IMG/VR virus record: IMGVR_UViG_3300028844_002785
Span: 23,129-87,128 of that record
Strand: one strand, 5' to 3'
Source: a virus
Length of the DNA stretch: 64,000 nucleotides
Shown here: positions 40,228-49,334 of the stretch, in pieces
How positions within the stretch are numbered: the first letter of the stretch is position 1
How the letters are laid out: each line of letters opens with the position of its first letter
The notes under the pieces: generated by a model
The model's database searches: none
Told to the model about the DNA's origin: nothing
What the model saw: the letters and a program-made list of their open reading frames with translations, nothing else
Position numbers and translations under genes: made by a program

Positions 40228-40460
40228 CCCGTTCCTTCAGTCGTGTGCGTCCCAATACCATTGACATTCTGGTGCTGAGTCCTTAAGGGTCTCAACTAAC
40301 TCAATCTTAAGCTGATTGTTAAGATCATTATTGTTCTCAATCTTCAGCATGATAGCATCAGTTTGAGTACAGGTGAGTGTTGTATAGAATAATAGTTCTA
40401 GCATGGGATGAACGGCTCCGTTCCGCGACTTACTTGCGTCCGATTTCTCGGATGAACGAC
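40228..40460 (-). ncRNA. Tandem glutamine riboswitch-like RNA (glnA / Downstream-peptide type), second aptamer split by an ORF
   Basis: Aptamer 1: CGTTCA-TCCGA-GAAA-TCGGA-CGCA-AGTAAGTCGC-GGAACG. Aptamer 2: CGTTCA-TCCCA...TGGGA-CGCA-CACGACTGAA-GGAACG. It precedes a DUF4278-like gene, the known context of this riboswitch class. Confidence 0.75.
40237..40404 (-). CDS. 55-aa ORF nested in the riboswitch P2 loop (not in the ORF track)
   Basis: MLELLFYTTLTCTQTDAIMLKIENNNDLNNQLKIELVETLKDSAPECQWYWDAHD-stop. Confidence 0.65.
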   Translation of the reverse strand: MLELLFYTTLTCTQTDAIMLKIENNNDLNNQLKIELVETLKDSAPECQWYWDAHD

Positions 40461-40466
40461 AGGTCT

Positions 40467-40495
40467 ATTATAGACCTTATATAGTATTTAGTCAA
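40467..40495 (-). promoter_or_regulatory. sigma70 promoter driving the riboswitch transcript
   Basis: TTGACT-17nt-TATAAT; predicted start near 40460, the first base of aptamer 1; inverted repeat aggtcta-tta-tagacct covers the -10. Confidence 0.75.
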
Positions 40496-40496
40496 G

Positions 40497-40584
40497 TATA
40501 AATAATTATGTGTCTTTCGTGCGGCACACTCTACATTCGGAAAATACCATTTAATGGTACGGGTTTCGCACCGTACCATTTTTT
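40497..40584 (+). ncRNA. Candidate late small RNA (late promoter, hairpin, terminator)
   Basis: TATAAATA at 40497, stem gtgtc-tttcgtgc-ggcac, then aatggtacgg-gtttcgca-ccgtaccatt with a T-run; no convincing ORF inside. Confidence 0.45.
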
Positions 40585-40593
40585 ATGTTTTGC

Positions 40594-40601
40594 TATAAAT
40601 A
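40594..40601 (+). promoter_or_regulatory. T4-type late promoter for hsp20
   Basis: TATAAATA followed by a cUUCGg hairpin leader and RBS taaggag. Confidence 0.7.
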
Positions 40602-40656
40602 AATTCGATTGCCTTCGGGGATCACACAAAAAAACTCGCTTACTAAGGAGCATAAA

Positions 40657-41103
40657 ATGACGGGACTCACACGTTATACGTCCAGTGACATGGGCAAAAT
40701 TCTTGATGCTGTAGGAAAATATAGTGTCGGACTTGATGATGTTTTCCACAGGTTACATTCATATGGTATGGATAATCCTGGTGGTTCATATCCTCCATAT
40801 AATATTGTAAAAGAATCGAACGTTAAATGGCGTATCGAACTAGCACTGGCTGGATGGTCAAGGGATGACATTGAAGTCACTACAGAAACCAATGTTTTGA
40901 TCATCAAGTCCAAGTCTGCGAAGGATGATAATGATGTAGAATATATGCATCGTGGTGTAGCAACTCGCACCTTCGCTAGAGGTTTCAACTTATCTGACGA
41001 TGTTGAAGTTGGAGAAGTTAAATTTGAAAATGGTATGTTGATTGTTGATCTTAAAAGAATTATTCCAGATCATCAAAAATTGAAAACATATGAGATTGAA
41101 TAA
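40657..41103 (+). CDS. hsp20: Small heat-shock protein Hsp20
   Basis: YPPYNIVK, IELALAG, YMHRGVATRTFARGF, FENGMLIVDL; start moved to ATG 40657 after the RBS. Confidence 0.95.
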   Translation: MTGLTRYTSSDMGKILDAVGKYSVGLDDVFHRLHSYGMDNPGGSYPPYNIVKESNVKWRIELALAGWSRDDIEVTTETNVLIIKSKSAKDDNDVEYMHRGVATRTFARGFNLSDDVEVGEVKFENGMLIVDLKRIIPDHQKLKTYEIE

Positions 41104-41126
41104 ATAGTATTGAATATCGTCGCCGC

Positions 41127-41169
41127 AGAGGGGCAACTGGCAAAAACCAGTTGACGCCCCTCTTTTTTT
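41127..41169 (+). terminator. Long bulged terminator hairpin overlapping a sigma70 promoter
   Basis: agaggggc-aactgg-caaaaa-ccagtt-gac-gcccctct followed by a T-run; TTGACG(41151)-17nt-TAAGAT(41174). Confidence 0.75.
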
Positions 41170-41199
41170 ATGGTAAGATAATTAAAACCGGGAGTCCCT

Positions 41200-41451
41200 A
41201 TGAACCTGCATGTAATAGAGTTAATCAATGAGAAAATTGTAGTTGCTGATATTGAAGAACTTGATGAAGAACCATCTTGTTTTCTTAAAAATTGTAGAGA
41301 GATAATCGATACTGATGGTACAATAACATTTAGAAAATGGCCTATGTACACAGATGAAACCGATACATTAATCTATTCAAATCGTATTATAACTATTTCA
41401 ACTCCATCTGATGAAGTAGAATCTCTTTATAAGCAATCAATTAATTCATGA
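41200..41451 (+). CDS. Conserved hypothetical protein preceding gp43
   Basis: EPSCFLKNC...KWPMYT; RBS ggag; ATGA coupling to gp43. Confidence 0.7.
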   Translation: MNLHVIELINEKIVVADIEELDEEPSCFLKNCREIIDTDGTITFRKWPMYTDETDTLIYSNRIITISTPSDEVESLYKQSINS

Positions 41452-43937
41452 ATTTTTATACAAACATTCAACTAGTAGGGAATCAAATTCTTTATCGTGG
41501 ATACCGACATGGTGAACGTGTCATGTATCGTGATAAAATTAATCCCGTGCTTTTTGTTTCTTCGCAAAAGGAAACAAAGTTTAAAACCCTAGATGAAAAG
41601 TATGTGAAACCAATCAAGTTCCTTTCTCCTAGAGAAGCCAGGGACTTCATGAAAAAGTATTCTGAAGTTGATAACTTTGATGTATATGGATATGAGAGAT
41701 TTTTGTATCAGTATATTGCTGACGAATATCCTCAAGACGAAATTAAATTTGATATGTCGGTGATGAATATCATCAGTCTTGACATTGAGGTTGAGTGTGA
41801 AAATGGATTCCCTGACGTAGAAAGTGCTTCAGAATCTATTCTTTGTATTACTATCAAAGATATGAATACAAAGAAACTAATTGTATGGGGTACTAGAGAA
41901 TATGAGAACAGTCGTGATGATGTTGAGTTCATATATTGCCATGGTGAGAGAGACCTTCTAGATAAATTTTTGAATCATTGGGTCCAAAATACACCAGATG
42001 TTATCACTGGGTGGAATGTATATTTGTATGATATTCCATATATCTGTCGTCGATTGGAAAGAGTATTTACTGAGAAACATATGCGTTCTCTTTCTCCCTG
42101 GAACTTAATTAACTATAGAGAGTTTGAGATCCATGGAAGAAAAAATATTGCTTATGATCTTGGTGGAGTTTCCTGTTTAGATTATCTTGATCTATATAAG
42201 AAGTTTACATATTCTAATCAGGAATCATATCGTCTAGATCATATTGCTTTTGTTGAACTGGGACAACGTAAGTTGGATCACTCTGAGTTCGAGAACTTCA
42301 AAGCTTTCTATACAAACAACTGGCAAAAGTTTATTGATTACAACATCATTGACGTAGAACTTGTTGACCGTTTGGAAGACAAGATGAAATTGATTGAGTT
42401 GTGTCTAACGATGGCGTATGACGCAAAAGAAAACTATGAAGATGTATATTCACAGGTAAAAACTTGGGATAATATTATCTTCAATTATCTAAAGAAGGAT
42501 AATATTGTTGTCCCACCAAAGATTACACATAGGAAGGATTCTGCATATGCTGGTGCATATGTCAAAGAACCAAAAGTAGGACGTTATGATTGGGTTGTAA
42601 GTTTTGACTTGAACTCTCTATATCCTCACTTGATTATGCAGTACAACATTTCACCTGAGACATTAGTTGAAGATAAACATCCTACAGTCACTGTGGATAA
42701 AATCTTGAATGAACCTATTCTCTATGATGAGAAGTATGCTCTATGTGCAAATGGTGCTCAGTATAGGAAAGACTTCCAAGGATTTCTTCCTAAGTTGATG
42801 CAGAAAATGTATGATGATCGTGTCATCTTCAAGAAGAAAATGCTTATTGCAAAACAAGCATATGAGAATACACCTTCTACAGATCTGTCTAAGGAAATTT
42901 CTCGTTGTAATAACATCCAGATGGCAAAGAAGATCTCTTTGAACTCTGCTTATGGTGCTATTGGTAATGAATACTTCAGGTATTTCCGAATTGCAAATGC
43001 AGAAGCAATTACTTTATCTGGTCAAGTTTCTATCCGTTGGATTGAAATGAAGATGAATAGTTATCTAAATAAATTACTAAAAACAGATGGGGAAGACTAT
43101 GTTATTGCTTCTGATACCGATAGTATCTATCTTAATATGGGTCCTGTTGTTGATCACATATACAAAGGGAGAAAGGCTTCTAATGATAAGATTGTTACGT
43201 TCCTTGACAAGATCTGCAAAATGGAACTTGAGAAGTATATTGAAAGTTCTTATGAAACGTTGGCCGACAAGGTAAACGCATACGATCAAAAGATGCAGAT
43301 GAAACGGGAGAACATTGCTGACCGTGGAATCTGGACTGCTAAGAAGAGATATATTCTTAATGTGTGGGATAGTGAAGGTGTTAGATATGAAAAACCAAAA
43401 CTTAAGATCATGGGATTGGAGACTGCAAGATCTTCAACTCCTGCATTCTTCAGAGATAAATTGAAGAAAGCATTCACGATCATTATTAACAACACCAATG
43501 ATGATCTCATTTCATTTATTGATGCTGTTCGTAAAGAATCTAGAGAACAAGGTGTTGAAAACATTTCATTCCCAAGAGGATGTAATGGACTTGATAAGTA
43601 CAAAAGTTCTTCGGACTTATACAGGAAAGGTACACCAATTCAAGTTCGTGGTGCTATTCTGTACAATCATTTTATTTCTAAAATGAAACTGCATAATAAG
43701 TATCCATTGATTCAGGAAGGTGAGAAAATCAAGTTTGTATACTTGAAGACTCCAAATCCAATTGGTGAGAATATCATTGCTTATTTGCAAACTCTACCTA
43801 AAGAGTTGAACCTAGATAAGTATATTGATTATGATCGACAATTTGAAAAGAGTTTTGTCGAACCATTGAAGAACGTAGTAGAAACCATCGGGTGGCAAGT
43901 TGAGAGACGTGGGAGTCTTGAATCTTTCTTCGTTTGA
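41448..43937 (+). CDS. gp43: Family B DNA polymerase gp43
   Basis: Exo I DIEVE, SFDLNSLYPH, KISLNSAYG, SDTDS, KKRY; uninterrupted. Confidence 0.99.
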   Translation: MNFYTNIQLVGNQILYRGYRHGERVMYRDKINPVLFVSSQKETKFKTLDEKYVKPIKFLSPREARDFMKKYSEVDNFDVYGYERFLYQYIADEYPQDEIKFDMSVMNIISLDIEVECENGFPDVESASESILCITIKDMNTKKLIVWGTREYENSRDDVEFIYCHGERDLLDKFLNHWVQNTPDVITGWNVYLYDIPYICRRLERVFTEKHMRSLSPWNLINYREFEIHGRKNIAYDLGGVSCLDYLDLYKKFTYSNQESYRLDHIAFVELGQRKLDHSEFENFKAFYTNNWQKFIDYNIIDVELVDRLEDKMKLIELCLTMAYDAKENYEDVYSQVKTWDNIIFNYLKKDNIVVPPKITHRKDSAYAGAYVKEPKVGRYDWVVSFDLNSLYPHLIMQYNISPETLVEDKHPTVTVDKILNEPILYDEKYALCANGAQYRKDFQGFLPKLMQKMYDDRVIFKKKMLIAKQAYENTPSTDLSKEISRCNNIQMAKKISLNSAYGAIGNEYFRYFRIANAEAITLSGQVSIRWIEMKMNSYLNKLLKTDGEDYVIASDTDSIYLNMGPVVDHIYKGRKASNDKIVTFLDKICKMELEKYIESSYETLADKVNAYDQKMQMKRENIADRGIWTAKKRYILNVWDSEGVRYEKPKLKIMGLETARSSTPAFFRDKLKKAFTIIINNTNDDLISFIDAVRKESREQGVENISFPRGCNGLDKYKSSSDLYRKGTPIQVRGAILYNHFISKMKLHNKYPLIQEGEKIKFVYLKTPNPIGENIIAYLQTLPKELNLDKYIDYDRQFEKSFVEPLKNVVETIGWQVERRGSLESFFV

Positions 43938-43966
43938 TGGTAGAATAATTTTAAAAGGAGTATTTT

Positions 43967-45001
43967 ATGAGTTTTCTTAAATCTGTAATTTCAGAACTGG
44001 ATAATGAATATGCATCAGTCATTGAAGATGGAGTTGCGTCTGGTGACTGTGATTCATTTATTGATACCGGTTCATATATTTTCAATGCACTATTGAGTGG
44101 TAGTATCCATGGAGGACTGCCATCAAATAAAATTACTGCACTAGCAGGAGAATCTAGTACAGGTAAAACATTTTTTGCCTTGTCTATTGTTAGAAACTTC
44201 CTGGAACAAAATCCCACTGGTGAAGTAATCTATTTTGAATCTGAGTCTGCTATTACTAAAAGTATGATGAAGGAAAGGAACATTGATACTGCTCGTATCG
44301 GTTTAGTTCCTGTGACAACTGTACAAGAGTTTCGTACTCAATCAATTAAAGTTGTCGATGAATATATGAAGGTCAAAAAGACTGATAGACCTCCCCTGTT
44401 GTTTGTTCTTGATTCTCTTGGTATGCTCTCAACAACCAAGGAAGTGCAGGACGCTACAGACGGTAAGGAGACCAGGGACATGACAAGGGCGCAAGTCATA
44501 AAATCTATTTTCAGAATCCTGTCACTCAAGCTAGGTACTGCAGGCATCCCTCTAATCGTCACTAACCACACATATGATGTCGTGGGGTCCTATGTCCCTA
44601 TGAAAGAGATGGGAGGGGGTTCTGGACTCAAGTACGCTGCTTCTACAATCATCTTTCTATCCAAGTCAAAGGAGAAGGACGGTACAGAGGTTGTGGGTAA
44701 TATTGTGAAGTGTAAAACTTTCAAGTCTAGGTTTACTAAAGAAAATTCTCTTGTAGAAACCCGTTTGTTCTATGATCAGCGTGGTCTAGACAAGTACTAT
44801 GGACTTCTAGAACTTGGTGAAAAGTATGATGTCTTCACTAAGTCTGGTGGACGATACGAAATCAGCGGTACTAAGACATATGCAAAGACCATTTTGTCAG
44901 ATCCAGAAAAATATTTTACACCAGAGATCATGCAAGCGCTTGACGAATGCGCTAAGAAAGAGTATAGTTATGGTTCCTTTGATGGTGAAGTGAATGAGTG
45001 A
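43967..45001 (+). CDS. uvsX: RecA-like recombinase UvsX
   Basis: [29 protein letters not shown]. Confidence 0.97.
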   Translation: MSFLKSVISELDNEYASVIEDGVASGDCDSFIDTGSYIFNALLSGSIHGGLPSNKITALAGESSTGKTFFALSIVRNFLEQNPTGEVIYFESESAITKSMMKERNIDTARIGLVPVTTVQEFRTQSIKVVDEYMKVKKTDRPPLLFVLDSLGMLSTTKEVQDATDGKETRDMTRAQVIKSIFRILSLKLGTAGIPLIVTNHTYDVVGSYVPMKEMGGGSGLKYAASTIIFLSKSKEKDGTEVVGNIVKCKTFKSRFTKENSLVETRLFYDQRGLDKYYGLLELGEKYDVFTKSGGRYEISGTKTYAKTILSDPEKYFTPEIMQALDECAKKEYSYGSFDGEVNE

Positions 45002-46370
45002 TAGGATCGAGCACAAGATACTTTCAAATCTAATCCACACTGAAGATTACATGAGAAAGGTTATTCCTTTTATCAAAGATAGTTATTTTGATGTCTATTC
45101 AGAAAAAATTATTTTCAGTGAGATTAATAATTATATTGTAAAGTATGGTACTCCTCCTACGCAATCAATTGTAAGTATTGAAATTGAGAATCGTAAAGAT
45201 ATATCAGAAGAAATATTTAACGACTGTATTGCTACACTCAAAGACTTTCGTGAAGAAAAGATAGAACAACAGTGGTTAATTGATACTACAGAGAAGTGGT
45301 GTAAAGAGAGGGCAGTTTATCTTGCCCTTATGGAATCTGTGAAGATTGCTGATGGTAATGATAAGACTAGAAGTCGTGATGCAATTCCATCTATTCTATC
45401 CGAGGCACTAAGTGTTTCATTTGATGATCATGTTGGACATGATTACTTCCTTGATGCAGCTGCTCGATACGAGTTCTATCATCGTAAGGAAGATAAAATA
45501 CCATTTGATCTTGAGTTATTCAATAAGGTTACTAAAGGTGGACTTCCACGTAAGACTCTAAACATTGCTCTTGCAGGAACTGGTGTTGGTAAATCCTTGT
45601 TTATGTGTCATCAGGCAGCTTCTTGTTTGTTGGAAGGTAGAAATGTTTTATACATTACACTTGAGATGGCAGAAGAAAGAATTGCAGAACGTATTGATGC
45701 AAATCTTTTCAATCAAGATATCAGATCTTTGGTTGATCTTCCTAGACCAATGTATGATGGTAAGGTTGAAAAGATTATGAAGAAAACACAAGGAACTCTT
45801 ATTATCAAGGAGTATCCTACTGCTTCAGCACACTCAGGACATTTTGCAAGTTTACTAAGTGAACTTGCTCTTAAGAAAGGTTTTGCTCCTGATATTATCT
45901 TCATTGATTATCTCAATATTTGTTCTTCCAGTAGATTCAAAAGTTCTATTGTTAACTCATATACTTTTGTGAAAGCAATTGCAGAAGAACTTAGAGGACT
46001 TGCTGTAGAACATAACGTCCCAATTGTATCTGCTACGCAGACTACTCGTTCTGGGTATGGAAGTTCTGATGTTGATCTTACTGATACTTCAGAATCTTTT
46101 GGTCTTCCTGCTACTGCCGATCTTATGTTTGCTCTTATCTCTACAGAAGAATTGGAAGAGATGAATCAAATCATGGTTAAACAATTGAAGAATAGATATA
46201 ATGATGCAAATTTATTCAAAAGATTTGTCATAGGTATTGACAGATCCAAGATGAAGTTGTATGATGTAGAGAACAGTGCTCAACAGAACATTGTTGATTC
46301 TGGTCAGGAAGAAGATTACACTGACCGGTTAGATAAAAAATTCCGTAGTTTTGAAGGTTTTAAAGTATGA
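44994..46370 (+). CDS. gp41: Replicative helicase gp41
   Basis: [39 protein letters not shown]. Confidence 0.98.
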   Translation: MSDRIEHKILSNLIHTEDYMRKVIPFIKDSYFDVYSEKIIFSEINNYIVKYGTPPTQSIVSIEIENRKDISEEIFNDCIATLKDFREEKIEQQWLIDTTEKWCKERAVYLALMESVKIADGNDKTRSRDAIPSILSEALSVSFDDHVGHDYFLDAAARYEFYHRKEDKIPFDLELFNKVTKGGLPRKTLNIALAGTGVGKSLFMCHQAASCLLEGRNVLYITLEMAEERIAERIDANLFNQDIRSLVDLPRPMYDGKVEKIMKKTQGTLIIKEYPTASAHSGHFASLLSELALKKGFAPDIIFIDYLNICSSSRFKSSIVNSYTFVKAIAEELRGLAVEHNVPIVSATQTTRSGYGSSDVDLTDTSESFGLPATADLMFALISTEELEEMNQIMVKQLKNRYNDANLFKRFVIGIDRSKMKLYDVENSAQQNIVDSGQEEDYTDRLDKKFRSFEGFKV

Positions 46371-46846
46371 CACAAACAATTAATCTTTTTGATCCAGACA
46401 CTGGCGCCACACTAGAAAACGTTCCCGTGAATCAACCCAGTAAGAAAGTAAACACTGATGCATATCTTGAGTTTGTGAATGCTGTCACATCTCAACCAAG
46501 TAAAGATGCTGATGCATTTGAGTATCGTATCCAAGAACTACGTGGAGAAGGATTTGAAACACATCGACTTCTTACTGCTGCTGTAGGAATGTCTGCTGAG
46601 GCAGGTGAGTTTACTGAAGTTGTAAAGAAGATTATCTTTCAAGGTAAACCAGTAAACGAAGAGAACATGTTTCATTTGAAACGAGAACTTGGAGACATCA
46701 TGTGGTATGTTGCACAAGCATGTATGGGTCTCAATGTTTCACTAGATGAAGTGATTGAGATGAACGTAGATAAACTTAGATCACGATATCCTGGTGGTGA
46801 GTTTGATATTCATCATTCTGAAAACCGAGTTGATGGGGATGTGTAA
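46367..46846 (+). CDS. mazG: MazG-like nucleotide pyrophosphohydrolase
   Basis: AEAGEFTEVVKK, RELGDIMWY, NVDKLRSRYP. Confidence 0.93.
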   Translation: MTQTINLFDPDTGATLENVPVNQPSKKVNTDAYLEFVNAVTSQPSKDADAFEYRIQELRGEGFETHRLLTAAVGMSAEAGEFTEVVKKIIFQGKPVNEENMFHLKRELGDIMWYVAQACMGLNVSLDEVIEMNVDKLRSRYPGGEFDIHHSENRVDGDV

Positions 46847-46877
46847 TAAATAGCGGGGAAGAACTACCCCTTTTTTA

Positions 46878-48068
46878 ATGGCTTCTGATGCTATAGTAAC
46901 AGCTCAACAAGAATCTGCCTCTGCATTTACTTTTAAAAGATATATTGAAAATAATAGAATGCCAACATTGGCTGAAATTAAAAAAATATATCCCAAAGTA
47001 AATGCAAAATGGATGCAAACTTTTGAGGAGCAAGCAAAAGTTTTAAAAAAATATCTTGGAACTAATCGAGGTTATAATTATTCCAGGAATAAAGGTATAA
47101 TGAGTTTTATAGAAAATATTGCAAAATCTCAGTGTGGTGTTGAGGGCGGTAGTAGAATATTTGCAACCAAGGATACATGGAATCCTATGGATATTGTTAT
47201 GGTAAAACGTTCAGATGAAGCTTCAATTAGAAAGGTTATAACTGAAATTATGTCTATAGAAGGTCTTAGTGAAAAAGGAAAACTAGGACTATTAAATTCT
47301 GTAATGTATGAGTCTTTAAGAACAAAACAATTGATTCCAATATCATTAAAAAAAATATCTTTAAAACACGGTGTAGATCTAGAGGAAGAATTAAATACTG
47401 GAAATCCAGAAAAAAAAGATTGGCAAATTTTAAATCCCAAATGTTTAATTGAAATTAAAGATAGGAATTTTGTTAACTCAGAATTTTCAACTCATTTTCA
47501 ATTATCAAGTCCCCCAAACTATAAAATAAAATTACAAATAAGAAATAGACAACTTAGTAATCCAAACGGAACAGTTCAATTAGAATGTATTAATGAATCT
47601 AAACCGGCTGCAAAGTTAGGCACAGTACCAGCTGATTCTATTGATGAATTTTTAAAATCTCATGGATTAGAAAAACCAAATTCAATATCAAAACATCCTC
47701 AAATTCCAAAAGAATTTCCTGGTAAATGGACTGATGCTCAAATTAAATATTGGGTTGGTGTTTATACCAGTATAAACAATAAACAGATTGGTGGAAAGTC
47801 TGTTGACTTTGGTTCTTTATCTATAACTGGTGATGGATCGGATAATTCTGGGATAGAGTCGATTATAAAAAATGGTGCCTTGAATGAACAGATTATTGAT
47901 AGAAGTAATAACGGAAGATTTAGAAACATTTTAGTTGCTATGGAATATGTAAAAGTTATGCAAGAATTAAGCAAGAAAAACGCACTAAATGATTTCTTAA
48001 ATGTTTTGTATTTTGGTGCCAAAAAAGCATTTGATCCTTTGAATGGATCTTTTATAAAAATATTTTAA
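46878..48068 (+). CDS. Hypothetical protein, putative PD-(D/E)XK-like nuclease
   Basis: KDTWNPMDI...LIPISLKK motif pair; AT-rich; late-promoter-like AATAAATA upstream. The ORF is solid, the function is tentative. Confidence 0.5.
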   Translation: MASDAIVTAQQESASAFTFKRYIENNRMPTLAEIKKIYPKVNAKWMQTFEEQAKVLKKYLGTNRGYNYSRNKGIMSFIENIAKSQCGVEGGSRIFATKDTWNPMDIVMVKRSDEASIRKVITEIMSIEGLSEKGKLGLLNSVMYESLRTKQLIPISLKKISLKHGVDLEEELNTGNPEKKDWQILNPKCLIEIKDRNFVNSEFSTHFQLSSPPNYKIKLQIRNRQLSNPNGTVQLECINESKPAAKLGTVPADSIDEFLKSHGLEKPNSISKHPQIPKEFPGKWTDAQIKYWVGVYTSINNKQIGGKSVDFGSLSITGDGSDNSGIESIIKNGALNEQIIDRSNNGRFRNILVAMEYVKVMQELSKKNALNDFLNVLYFGAKKAFDPLNGSFIKIF

Positions 48069-48075
48069 AAAATGC

Positions 48076-48104
48076 TTGACAACCCAAACGTTTTGTAGTA
48101 TAAT
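48076..48104 (+). promoter_or_regulatory. Consensus sigma70 promoter
   Basis: TTGACA-17nt-TATAAT; predicted start site at or next to ATG 48111 (leaderless mRNA). Confidence 0.75.
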
Positions 48105-48110
48105 ATAGCT

Positions 48111-49307
48111 ATGGCAAAAAACACACATCTAGAGCACCTTGAAGATGACATCCTTAACTTTGGATCTGAGGGGGGTAAGTCTGCTGTTGCTTTTCTAAAA
48201 TCACTGGGTCTTATGTTGACCCAAGGAGATAAAAATAAATCAGTTAATATTACCACGAAGTGGGATGGAGCTCCTGCAATTATTTGTGGCATTCATCCTA
48301 CATGGAAATCTTTTTTTGTTGGTAATAAATCTGTATTCGCAAAAACACAACCTAAAATATGTATAGATAATTCTGATGTTGATGAATTCTATCCTACTAG
48401 TGGACTAAATCAAATCCTTAAAGATTGTTTAAAATATCTTTCACAGTTAAATATAGAAGGTGTTATTCAAGGTGATCTTTTATTCACTGAGAATACAAAA
48501 ACAATCACTAACGTTGGTGGAAAGCGTTGTGTAACATTTACTCCTAATACTATTACATATGCAATACCGTTGGATACAGACCTTGGTCAACGTGTTAATT
48601 CTTCTAAGATTGGCATTGTGTTCCATACCACTTATTCTGGCTCTACTATGGAAGGGATGTCGGCCGGTTTTGGTGTTGATGCATCTCCTTATCAGGGGAA
48701 CAAACATATTGCTGTTTTCTCTTCCGACTTCAACGACGCAAGTGGTAGTGCAAACTTTAACGGACAGGAACTAATCAAGTTTAATTCTGCAGTGAATCGT
48801 GCAGAAGGTTCTTTGAAACAAGCATCTAAGTTCCTTGATGTGATGAAAGGATCTGATCGTTATGCTTTCAATGCAATCTTTAAACAGTTCTTCAATACTT
48901 ATATCCGTAGTGGTAATACAATTCCTTCTGCTAATAAAGTAGTTACTGATTTTGCAAGATATTATTCTTCCTTGATTGACAAGGAGATTGACAAAAAGAA
49001 AACCGATAAAGCAAAAGAGAAGTGGGTTAAGTTAAAAGATGATGGTATGAAGTTCATTGCTGCAAACCAACGTTCTATCTACATGACTGCTGCAGCATAT
49101 AAGAATCTCTCTACTGCAAAACTAATGATCATTCGCCAGTTGGAGAAAGTAAAAGATATTGGTACGTTTATTAAAGATGGAAATGGATATCGTGTTACTG
49201 CACCAGAAGGATTCGTTGCAATTAAATCTGGACGTGCAACAAAACTAGTCGATAGACTTGAGTTTTCCGTTGCTAATTTCACTGTCGATAAGAATTGGGA
49301 TAAATAG
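48111..49307 (+). CDS. DUF6267-like protein with ATP-dependent ligase-type motifs
   Basis: NTHLEHLED, TKWDGAP (KxDG), IQGDLLF, PEGFVA, KLVDRLEFS. Confidence 0.65.
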   Translation: MAKNTHLEHLEDDILNFGSEGGKSAVAFLKSLGLMLTQGDKNKSVNITTKWDGAPAIICGIHPTWKSFFVGNKSVFAKTQPKICIDNSDVDEFYPTSGLNQILKDCLKYLSQLNIEGVIQGDLLFTENTKTITNVGGKRCVTFTPNTITYAIPLDTDLGQRVNSSKIGIVFHTTYSGSTMEGMSAGFGVDASPYQGNKHIAVFSSDFNDASGSANFNGQELIKFNSAVNRAEGSLKQASKFLDVMKGSDRYAFNAIFKQFFNTYIRSGNTIPSANKVVTDFARYYSSLIDKEIDKKKTDKAKEKWVKLKDDGMKFIAANQRSIYMTAAAYKNLSTAKLMIIRQLEKVKDIGTFIKDGNGYRVTAPEGFVAIKSGRATKLVDRLEFSVANFTVDKNWDK

Positions 49308-49334
49308 TTTATAGCTTATCTTGCATTCAATTTA

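Noticed and set aside
40194-40295. Extended N-terminus of the DUF4278-like ORF as given in the track (start 40295)
   Set aside because: The extension runs through the riboswitch; an AGGAG RBS supports ATG 40193.
39487-41199. tRNA genes or a CRISPR array in the largest non-coding-looking region
   Set aside because: No cloverleaf/TTCGA-arm with acceptor stem and no regularly spaced repeats; the region is explained by small ORFs, terminators and riboswitch-like RNA.
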